From: Zancudomyces culisetae HAW-14-8
Lineage: Eukaryota > Fungi > Kickxellomycota
NCBI GenBank assembly: GCA_052426225.1
Contig: JBNJNM010000010.1
Coordinates: forward strand, 1,116,001 to 1,180,000
Direction: 5' to 3'
DNA: 64,000 nt
Shown: positions 47,379 through 57,633 of the stretch, in pieces
How positions within the stretch are numbered: position 1 is the first letter of the stretch
How the letters are laid out: each line of letters opens with the position of its first letter
Notes under the pieces: generated by a model
Databases searched by the model: none
The model's input: the letters and a program-made list of their open reading frames with translations, nothing else
Told to the model about the DNA's origin: nothing
Program-made: the position numbers and the translations under genes

Positions 47379-49615
47379 AATGTTTTTGATTCTAGCCTAG
47401 ATTCAAAACCCGCACATATTTTATAGACGTTTTTAGGCTCTAAAGTTTTGTCCAGCAACATATCTCACAACTTGAGAATGCAGTATCTACTATCCACTGT
47501 ACTGATTGATTTTTTTTATTTTAATTATTGCTTGAAAAATATATCATCATCTTTCCTCGTTGTAGCAGGTGAGATAGTATGCCTGTTTTATTTTCAGAGC
47601 GTTACTAAAACACGTATGGGTTGAAGAAACAAAAAACACAACATTAATCAAGCCTGGTCGATAATCAGAAATAAATCGATGGTACTTCGTCCAGATAACG
47701 AGTTTTCATGTATCAAGCTCTCTCGGATATGGTTTTTATTTTATCTAGTCTTTTTTTTGAGCATATACGGTTTTTTTGAAAACAATATCATCATTTGGTA
47801 AAGAAAAGAAAGGCTTGTTTGCTCGAATTCCAAAAAAAGCTAGCATTTCCCAAATATTTATAACGCATGTGGATATGTACTACAAACCTGTGGCTCTCAA
47901 GTGAAATCGACTCTGTTATACGATGGCTCAGTATACCATTATCAACTTAGAGCGTATGTTGGAGCGTATATTTAGTTTTTCTAGCTTCTTTCCAATAGTT
48001 AAACCTATTCAAAAGCACAATTATTGGATTGCATCCTAATGGAGTGTCGTGTAAAGTAACATGTTTTCGGCTTATTTCACAAATGAAATGTTTGCGTTTA
48101 CTACCTACCATATCTCATCTACCTCATTTTGATTCTCCTCATTCTTAGATAGCTATATTTCCACTCCTATCTTCTTATATAGTCTCAATAAATGATAGCC
48201 TCAACTTGGCGCCTCGTTTACACAAAATCCCACCTTTTCCCTTCGTGAGATATACATATTGTTTTGCTTGGTGTCATGCAATTGTACCCTATTATACTCT
48301 TTTTTTTGGATTTTCCCTCTACGCTTTCCGGCTTGGGCTTTCCCATGCTTTTATGACATTATTGAGATGGAGTGTACCTATTAGTTCATTTTTTTTGACT
48401 TAGTTTTGTTTTTGGGGATTGGATTTGGTTTACAAATATGGTCATGAGCTTTTAGTTTTTAGACATCACTGGTTAGAAAGTGGACCACAAAGCTATGTTC
48501 TTTTAGATTTACAAACAAAATTGAAATATATATCCTACAAAACACTAAAGGCGCTAATTTTTTTTTCTCGTGGATTATTCCAGGGTTTCGTACCCAAGAG
48601 CTCGTAGATCATCAAAAGGGAAGATGAGGGTTATATTTTTGTTTTCACATTGTGACATTTTGGTTATTTACGCAATAGATACAGCATAGGCTTTTCAGGC
48701 TTGGATAATTGTATTATAAATAAAGAGGCATGACAAAAGCTAGCCGAAATATTAGCTAAATAGTCACTCTAACCTTGTTTGTGTGAGTTACAATGACCGT
48801 TCATAATTTTGTTGCAAATACAAAAACAAGCATGTACTCCGAGGATTGCAGAGTTTTCTGAATTAATAGACTTAATCTTGCATTGAAAAATATTGGCGCA
48901 TGTTACATTCTCCTAACCTATGCTCAGTGAAAGCGAGTATAAAATGTATTTTTGCCTTAGTTTATTCGGATATGTTATACTTTGGCCCTATTAATCCATA
49001 TACCTTTCAATTTTTGTATACCTGCAAAGTAAAAACAATATAAAGAAATTAGCCATGATTTCACAGAAAAACAACTGACATGATACTTAACGCAGTATTA
49101 GAGTACCGATTGAATAAGTAGTCGAGGTCATCTATGAAAGTCATTTCCCCCCATACCACAGAACCGTATTTTTTAGACCTCCTGACGAACCTATAATATA
49201 TATGGTCGTGTAAAAAAGATATTAGCGCTACAGAGCTCATGTAGGCCGGAAGCCTGTTAGGGTTGCAAATAGCATACACCGTGATATATTACTTAGCTCC
49301 CAGAAACACACAAGCCTGCATGCTACTTTTTTAGGGAAATTATTTTTATTGTGATAGTGAATTTTACTTTAGTGGAGTTTTGTATGTTTGAGTAGCAATT
49401 ATTTTTATATATTTGGAATATATTAAGTCTGTTTTAGCAGTAATTATATCTGGTTAGTGATTTGAAATATATATATTTGAGTGTTTTAGCATTTGAGTTT
49501 GTTTCCAACACTTTTTCTAATCACTTATCAACTTATACTACCAATACTCGATTATTTAACTTTATAATTTCGTAGAGGTAAATAGGTAACTTAAGAATAA
49601 GTAACGATAATAAAC

Positions 49616-51547
49616 ATGAGAGGGTTAAGAAAAATAGCTGCAAATATCCACGTACTTGCAATGCTCTATTCAGCATCTGCAAAATCTAGTTTTAGCACTA
49701 ACACTAATCTTTTGGGCGAATGTACCAGTATTTACGGCGAAGATTTATTCTTCCTGGACAGAGGGTGCTCAGTATGCCATTGTGATGATGAAGGAATATT
49801 GTGTAATAGGTATAGACTGTGTAACCCATCAGACATCAACGAAGACTCTCTATTAAGCTACGATATTGCAAAAAAGTGGGAAGCATATAACAGCTGTGTT
49901 GCCAAATATGACTATGATGTATTCAGTGGAGAAGATGGTTCTTCAAGCTGTATTTGCACGTTAAACGGCCCTAAATGTAGTACCAAAGATTTTAGTAACG
50001 CTCATGAACTGTTGGATCATGTTACTCACAGGGATTTCAACTCGAAAACAGTGTCTAGATTCGATAATGTGCACCTAACCGAAAATAATGTAGAAAGGCA
50101 TCTTATGTGCGTTGATACATTTGGAAGTGGTAGCTTTTACAGAAATGATGGATGTTCGGTATGTGTATGTACACTACAGGGCAGACTTTGTGACAACAAT
50201 ATATGCAAATCATCTTCTGATACAAAAGCAAAAACTTCTAAGGGAAGATGGCACGTAAAACGAGCAGGAAAGCAAAGACAGGAAGAAACTGATCCCGGAA
50301 CTGGCGGAGGAACTGATCCCGGAACTGGCGGAGGAACTGATCCCGGAACTGGCGGTGGAACTGATCCCGGAACTGGCGGTGGAACTGATCCCGGAACTGG
50401 CGGAGGAACTGATCCCGGAACTGGCGGTGGAACTGATCCCGGAACTGGCGGAGGAACTGATCCTGGAACTGGCGGAGGAACTGATCCCGGAACTGGCGGT
50501 GGAACTGATCCCGGAACTGGCGGAGGAACTGATCCTGGAACTGGCGGAGGAACTGATCCCGGAACTGGCGGTGGAACTGATCCCGGAACTGGCGGAGGAA
50601 CTGATCCTGGAACTGGCGGAGGAACTGATCCCGGAACTGGCGGTGGAACTGATCCCGGAACTGGCGGAGGAACTGATCCTGGAACTGGCGGAGGAACTGA
50701 TCCCGGAACTGGCGGAGGAACTGACCCTGGAACCGGCGGAGGAACTGACCCTGGAACCGGCGGAGGAACTGACCCTGGAACCGGCGAAAGCTTACCCGAT
50801 TGTGACACATCTAGTCCTGCATATAGCACACCTAGCTCTGTATATAGTCAGGACAAAACCCAAGTACCTTCACCCAGTTCTACTGAAACTTCAAGTGGCA
50901 AGATAATACTCACAAGCACTACTACAACGATAACTATAACCAACACAACAACCAACGCAAGCACCATAGTTATTTCAATAACTAATACGAGTCTTCAAAC
51001 AGCTGTGGTCACTGTTACAAGTACAACATTCTTCACTATAACCAACGGGGATACCAATACAGGCTCAAATACATCTACTGGAGTGAGCAATGAAGATGCA
51101 GGCACAGGGACAGCACCAACTGTGACCGAGAGTACATCTCCATCAGTATTACAGATTGACAGTATTGTCATCGATAAGCTTGGGTTAAATACGGTTAATA
51201 TTAAAACTATCAAGACTGATGATACAAGCAGCACTGACGGAGAAACAGATTCAGCAACCCCAAATAGTGTAGCTGACGTTAAGGTAAATAAGGAAGCTGG
51301 TACAAAGTCATCCGAGTCATCCGAGTCATCTAAATCATCGACAAAATCTAGTTTTCATACCATTCCGCTAGTCACTGAAATAGCAAATTCAAGTGTGGAT
51401 ACTACTTTAAACAATGCATCCTTGGATTCAGTTTCCTCAAAAACAAACGAAAAAACACCCAAGATTCCTAGTGTAACAGCACTTCCTGTATCAGACAAGG
51501 ATGAAACACAAGCAATTCCACATGTTACTAAAATAGCGACCAGATAA
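49616..51547 (+). CDS. Secreted modular protein: signal peptide, 3 pacifastin/VWC-like Cys modules, KR site, (TDPGTGGG)21, Ser/Thr-rich tail
   Basis: 643-aa ORF; basic-hydrophobic N-terminus ending ASA; C-x14-C-x2-C-x-C-x6-C-x4/5-C modules; all repeat variants synonymous in this frame. Confidence 0.9.
   Translation: MRGLRKIAANIHVLAMLYSASAKSSFSTNTNLLGECTSIYGEDLFFLDRGCSVCHCDDEGILCNRYRLCNPSDINEDSLLSYDIAKKWEAYNSCVAKYDYDVFSGEDGSSSCICTLNGPKCSTKDFSNAHELLDHVTHRDFNSKTVSRFDNVHLTENNVERHLMCVDTFGSGSFYRNDGCSVCVCTLQGRLCDNNICKSSSDTKAKTSKGRWHVKRAGKQRQEETDPGTGGGTDPGTGGGTDPGTGGGTDPGTGGGTDPGTGGGTDPGTGGGTDPGTGGGTDPGTGGGTDPGTGGGTDPGTGGGTDPGTGGGTDPGTGGGTDPGTGGGTDPGTGGGTDPGTGGGTDPGTGGGTDPGTGGGTDPGTGGGTDPGTGGGTDPGTGGGTDPGTGESLPDCDTSSPAYSTPSSVYSQDKTQVPSPSSTETSSGKIILTSTTTTITITNTTTNASTIVISITNTSLQTAVVTVTSTTFFTITNGDTNTGSNTSTGVSNEDAGTGTAPTVTESTSPSVLQIDSIVIDKLGLNTVNIKTIKTDDTSSTDGETDSATPNSVADVKVNKEAGTKSSESSESSKSSTKSSFHTIPLVTEIANSSVDTTLNNASLDSVSSKTNEKTPKIPSVTALPVSDKDETQAIPHVTKIATR
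50288..50785 (+). repeat. 24-bp coding minisatellite, 20 full units plus 1 partial
   Basis: Unit ACTGATCC(C/T)GGAACTGGCGG(A/T)GGA; first and last units start 480 bp apart. Confidence 0.98.
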
Positions 51548-53649
51548 AACACTCACATGAAAAAAGCATTTGAAAATTTTCTTTTGTGAAGCCACTTAGT
51601 TATAATGAGAATACAGTGGGTATATACTCTTTTTTTACTACTCATAATGCGTTTCCGCACACAGTTTCTATATCTTTTTTATGTTTTTGAGTCCGTTTAG
51701 TCATTTACTTACTTTAACAGGGCTAAAGTTATAAAAATACAAAAAACTTGAATGAAGCCCAATTCTGTGCTAACGTTGAGAATCCAGTGCAACAACAGCA
51801 AAGGTCGAATCATGTAGTTTGGATTATTTTATCTTCTACTAGTAACATAAAGCTGGGTAAATAGTACATGGTCATGTAGGAAAAATGAGGAGTAAGAGAA
51901 TGATATTATTCAAGCTATAATTGTACCAACTGTCGAGTATTTTGACAGAAGGAGAGATCGGGGTAGTCATAAAATAGAACAAAACTAACTTCAATTTTAA
52001 TATTCATGTTACATGAATTCAAGGCAAAAGTACATTTCCAGAGCTTTTTTTTTAATAAACCAAAAGAGCCAACAATGAGCGACCAGCAAGTAGTATTTGC
52101 AAAACATTACTGAGAGAACCACTTCTATATTCCCGCATATTTTGTTGTACTGGTCCAAGAATAAATGTCTTCAAACAGAAATTAAGTATACATAGGTTTA
52201 TAGTCCCATATGCTTTTTTGCAGCCCACAATTCACTATGTAAATCTAGAGCAAATAGCCCTACATCTTATTAGGCAAAACACAGCCATTAGTGGAACAAT
52301 AAATTAAAGACTATCGAGGCATCTCCATTTTAAAAAGAAGGCCACCGCTATAGATGAAAGGAAGAAGCTCACTCTGTGCATTTCTGTGTGTACAGTGATT
52401 TTACTGTATCCCATATCTACATCCTGAACTATACAACTTTCACATCATAATCTGTTATTTTTTTGCCTGTAATAATTCTTGAACCTCCATCATGCCTTTC
52501 AGCCTGCAAACTGTGAAAATCACACATTTGTTTTTCTTTTAAAGAAAAAAATATATATTAATAAAAACTTAAATCCTGAGATCTAATACTCGGCAACTTG
52601 ATTAAACGCAAACTTCAGCTGATATTGTTTAAGCTGTTCTCAAGAAAAAAATGTAAAAGAGGTTCAATTATCTTCAAATAAATTAAATAAAATCAGCCTT
52701 CTGGGTTTTTTGTAAAAATGGAATGCATTCTGAATTGTACTTACCAAGAATTATTTCTATTTTACCCAAAAGGCAGATCACAAGAAGGTGAATACACTAC
52801 TAGGGCTATAACAAATTTTCCCTAAAAAAATGAATAAACTTAGCACCACGCAATCCAAATTCAAGTGGATACATATCATTTGTACATGAGTAACTACTTG
52901 CTATCAAAAATGAAAAAGAAACATATATTCGAGCCATTGTGAATTATGAGTACTGTACCTAAATTTGAATGGAAAGGCAACACTAAAAATCAGGCTCAAA
53001 CTTAAGGAAGCGGGCTAAAGTGCCTGGAATGATTGAGATTTATCTAAGCCTTTTGCTCAAAATGGCAAAAGTGAATAGATGGAACGAATAAAAGCTGTAT
53101 TTATCCAGCGTGTAATCCTCCAAGTACATAACTTCAAGCATTTAAAAAAAATGATGTAGAAGCTGGGAAATTCTTACTAAATAGAATACGCTAATATAAA
53201 AATCAAGATATATTCCCTTGTAAAAATACACAAAGGTCAGTGATTTGGTCTATTGTGCTTTATGTTCGTGTGTACCAAAGCGACTATTTTAACAAGGGTC
53301 TAATATAACTTACACGCCAAGTTAATACTCATTCAATATACTCCTGGCGTTGTTTGATTAATTTCGGTGGTAATTAAGTGAAAAATAGTAGAAAAAAAGG
53401 GAATAAGAAAAACATACCCGGTACGTGAATGATACAGAAACTTGCTTTATTTGTGTGTTTCTTCAATTCTGAACTACTAAAGTCAGTTTTGAAAAGTAAA
53501 GTATCAAGTTTCGATTTTACTTCAGATATATATAATCCCACATTTTCTTTTAACTTTTAACATACAAATATACCCTTCAAAAACAACACAATAACCATTT
53601 AAATAATTGTATATAGCGTAAAGGTGTAAACATCATTAAGAAAAACACA

Positions 53650-54897
53650 ATGAGACTATTTAGAACTGTATTTTCAAACATCCACCTACTCGCATTGCTA
53701 TACACAGCAAATGCAAGCAACGCAGCAAACGCGGAAGCAGGACCTGCTGAGCAGATGATGAAGAGAGATGGAGGCTACAATGCAGGCTCACCACCAATGT
53801 ACCAAAATGGAGGCGGCAACGGCAACTACGTGTCCAATAACCCTGTATACGGTGACAATAAGGAAACTACAACAGTTACCACAACTGCAACCAGCTTCAG
53901 CACCGAGACTTGCACCGTAACAACCACTGATGTGCAAACCACCACATCAACATGCACCTCCACTGTCACTGATGTTCAAACATCCGTTTCAACAAGCATC
54001 AGTACTGAAACTTGCACTGTGACCACAACTGACACACAAACAAGCACCACAACTTGTACCTCAACTGTCACTGATTTCCAAACATCCACTGTGACATCAG
54101 TAGAGACTTGCACCGTGACAACAACTGATATGCAAACCACCACATCAACATGCACCCAAACTGTTACTGACGTTCAAACTTCATTCGGAACTGTTACTAG
54201 CACAACAACATCAGTCTGCACCGTCACCGAGACTGAGATCCAAACTGCATTCGGAACAGAGACACTTGTAGTTACCCAAACAGCCATACAAACAGAAACA
54301 ATTGCAAAGACATGCACCGTAACTGAGAGCACAACAGTAACCGAAAAAACTTGCGAGTACAAGACACACGGTGGTTACCAAGCCCAAAATCAGTACAATG
54401 TACAAGATGGATACAAAGCATACAATGGATACCAATCACACGAATCAAGCGAATACACAACTACAGACTCCGAGTCTGAGTCTGACTCCGAGTCTGACAC
54501 TGAATCTGATACTGACATTGAATCTGACACTGACTCCGATGCCGGATCAGACACTGGCTCTGACTCTGATGCAGTCACCAACGGTATTGACGGTGCCAGC
54601 ATTGCAGCTGTCGATCCCACAAACAGTACCAGCACACTCAGCCTTAACACAGTTTCACTTGGAAGCGTCTCTGTAAACACACTAAAGGTAAAATCCAGCA
54701 GCAGCACCAGCAGCGCAGTCACATCTGTTTCTGATGTAACCAATGCCGCCGTACCAGCAAAGGAAAGCAGCAAATCATCAGCCAATGACAAGGACAGTTC
54801 AGTTCCCCGTGTTACAGCACTCAGTGATGCTTCAAAGGCCGCATCAAAGACTAGCAGCTTCCACAAAGTCCCAAGAGTCACAGCAATCTTCGGATAA
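53650..54897 (+). CDS. Secreted Thr/Cys-repeat protein (adhesin/cell-surface-like), paralog of 49616-51547
   Basis: 415 aa; signal MRLFRTVFSNIHLLALLYTANA; MMKR dibasic site; TCT repeats; Tyr hexad; Asp/Ser tract; C-terminal SSFHKVPRVTAIFG. Confidence 0.9.
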   Translation: MRLFRTVFSNIHLLALLYTANASNAANAEAGPAEQMMKRDGGYNAGSPPMYQNGGGNGNYVSNNPVYGDNKETTTVTTTATSFSTETCTVTTTDVQTTTSTCTSTVTDVQTSVSTSISTETCTVTTTDTQTSTTTCTSTVTDFQTSTVTSVETCTVTTTDMQTTTSTCTQTVTDVQTSFGTVTSTTTSVCTVTETEIQTAFGTETLVVTQTAIQTETIAKTCTVTESTTVTEKTCEYKTHGGYQAQNQYNVQDGYKAYNGYQSHESSEYTTTDSESESDSESDTESDTDIESDTDSDAGSDTGSDSDAVTNGIDGASIAAVDPTNSTSTLSLNTVSLGSVSVNTLKVKSSSSTSSAVTSVSDVTNAAVPAKESSKSSANDKDSSVPRVTALSDASKAASKTSSFHKVPRVTAIFG

Positions 54898-56990
54898 ATT
54901 CATCAATAAGAAAAATCAAACAAGTCAAGAGTAAAAACAAAAAAACGGCTGTATGGTGTATAGTGTAAATCATATGTTGCAAATTGTAATACTCGAAACA
55001 TTCCTAAAGACTCCTTCACTGAAATAATGTTGATAAATTTTCCCCTATCTTTTTATATTGATGAATTTTTAAAATAAACAACTTTCGAATCATTTTTGGG
55101 ATTTTTAAAGTAAACAGTCTTATGAAAACAAGAGTGACTTTCAAAAACTGTATCGTTGTGTTAAATGCACTCTGATCGTATCAAAACCATAGTAGCAAGA
55201 TTTTGGTTGAAAACCCCGTTAGTGATCCACATCATTGTACTTTGCTTTTACCTCTAAGAAAATTGTTTTTTTGGAGTATTTAAATAAATTTATTCGCCCT
55301 AATCTTGAAGTTCATAGATAGAATTAAATTTTTCTAGACAGTAGAAATTGATAGGAATTGAGAAGAGTAAACAAGTGGATGTGTCTATAAGCACGATATT
55401 GTAGTTTTACAGAAATATAGTCGATAAATTAAAGTGCATTGAAGCAGATTAATGCAGATTCGGATTAATACAATAAAGCACGCTCATTAGCGCCGAAACT
55501 AAATTAGCGATCCCAAATAATATCTGATAGGCTTCTGACATACTTTATAATTTGTGTTGGGTATAAAAAAAGATCTTTTTCAGTTGCTAAGGTTCCAGCT
55601 TTTGTGCTTGAAACTTTATAATTGACTCTATCACTTCTTTCGGATTGTAATCAAATATACCATGGTAAAATGATAGAGAATGTACAAGATAACAATTGTT
55701 GGTAGTCTAAAATAACACATTGTGTTACTTTGTTACAACCAGCTTACTACAAAAGCAGTAAAGTCAAATAATTACCTGGTGGTAGCAAAAGAGATAGTGT
55801 GGTAAAATCGTCGCATACCACCTACAGCATACATGGTTAAACACTGTTCTTATTTAAGACCGTGACCTTGTAAACAGCAAAAAATGATGTAAATAGACAC
55901 TAGGGTTTGGTGAGTCGGGAAAACTAGAATTTAAGAAAGGGAAAATGTTGAGCCACCAAATTGAGAATAAAGAGAATTATGTTTAGGAAAAATCAAAAGT
56001 TTACTCAACGAACAATGGGTGTTTATATCTGAATACTCTTGAAAAAAGTCAAAAAATTCATCTGTGAAATGTTAAAGCTGTTTTGATTGTTTAAGCGTGG
56101 CAATAGTTTAATAAACAGAGTTCATATATTCATTACAATCCTGCGAACTCTGCAAAGCTAGAACATTTCCCTGTTCGTGAATTTAGTGATCCAGGTATAA
56201 AAAAAAGATATGATGAAACATCAACAAATCAATACTAAAATTCGGGAAAATCATTGGGCGGGTATTATATTCGAGTATTAAATCCCACAGGTTGTAACAA
56301 AATTCCGGATCACACACAACTACATTTTGGTTACCGCAATTCTCATGCCCTCTCCCCGCCCCCTCCCCTCCCAGCCGTGTGGAACGACAAATACGTTTAA
56401 GAGTATTTTCGGTCGTCAGGTCAATACACTCTTGTTGATTATCATCAATATCCGCTGTCTTTTTTAATCGAATTTGTGTATTATCTATGTATTTGTACTT
56501 ATGAACTACCCACGCACTTGTATTCATTTGCGTACTAATTATGGGTTTGTGTTTGTGTTTGTGTTTGTGCTACTATTCTTATATTTGTATTCTTGTACTA
56601 CTTGTGAATTTGTGCTTGTGCCATTACAGCCTCGCTTGAAGACAACTTTGAAAATAAAATAAAACAATTTATTATTTAGGCTAATGTGTGTATACAAATA
56701 GATGGTGGGTAAATCAAAGCAAACGCACGAGAAAGTGTGTATACAACCTCGATGGCCATCAACCAAAAAACAACTAATCCAAACTTTGAACACAAAGTAT
56801 TTTATACCCATAAATATATATTTAAATACCCACTGTAGTATCCCAATTATTAGATTTCATATACAAACTTATCTTTTCTACTTTGCGTGTAGATATATTG
56901 GAATTGATTTTACTTTTGTTTTGCTAATACCCATACTTGCAAGGCCCATACAGGCAAATTGTGGAGACATTACCATATATTTTAACAACA

Positions 56991-57633
56991 ATGACAGTAT
57001 TAAAACAGTCAGTCACAAACGTAACTATGGCTGTATTGCTGTATGCCAGCTATGCACTCGGTACACAAAGTTTGGGTAGAGCTAGCGGTGAACATGATTT
57101 TGGGGTGGTGGTACAAAAGCACAACGTCCGTGATGTGGGGAATAGTGATTACAGTCCGCAATTACTGTCACAACAAGAGCCGGTACCATCACAGTTGCAA
57201 AATAACATCAATATTGGAGGTGAGAAATATACCTTATTACCAAATACGCATAAAATCAAATTAATTACAAGTTACTATATATTGTAATAAAAAATAAAAA
57301 TATTTCATCATAGCGGTGAAGAGTGAACTAAAGAAGAAAAATTCAGTTTTTGGATACATAATAGATCCAACAAGTACTGATGAAGTAACCACTGAGATAA
57401 TACCTGACGACGGATCAACCTTTGATCCAACAATCATTGACAACGTCGATTTTCATGAAGCATCTGACAATGCTGTGTTGCATTCAATTTCTGATAGTCC
57501 GCTCTCTTCTATATTTTTAAATGATGATGGAGACAAAGCAACGGATCGCAAAACAGATGAAAATCGCTCAAAATCAACAACTACTGCCCAACTTGACGAT
57601 TCTATCGAGTTGGTTACCTCTATCACACAATAA
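56991..57633 (+). CDS. Small secreted acidic protein (182 aa), probable third family member; exons 56991-57219 and 57314-57633
   Basis: Signal-like MTVLKQSVTNVTMAVLLYASYA; GTGAGA..CATAG 94-nt intron joins two ORF-track fragments in frame; ends SIELVTSITQ*. Confidence 0.65.

Noticed and set aside
50288-50785. Possible CRISPR array
   Set aside because: Head-to-tail tandem units with no unique spacers, inside a eukaryotic CDS, with no cas genes
50137-50906. Three long alternative-frame ORFs over the 24-bp array (PVPGSVPP, FRDQFLRQ, ELIPELAE repeats)
   Set aside because: By-product of a stop-free repeat unit; the variants are synonymous in the TDPGTGGG frame, which also carries the signal peptide
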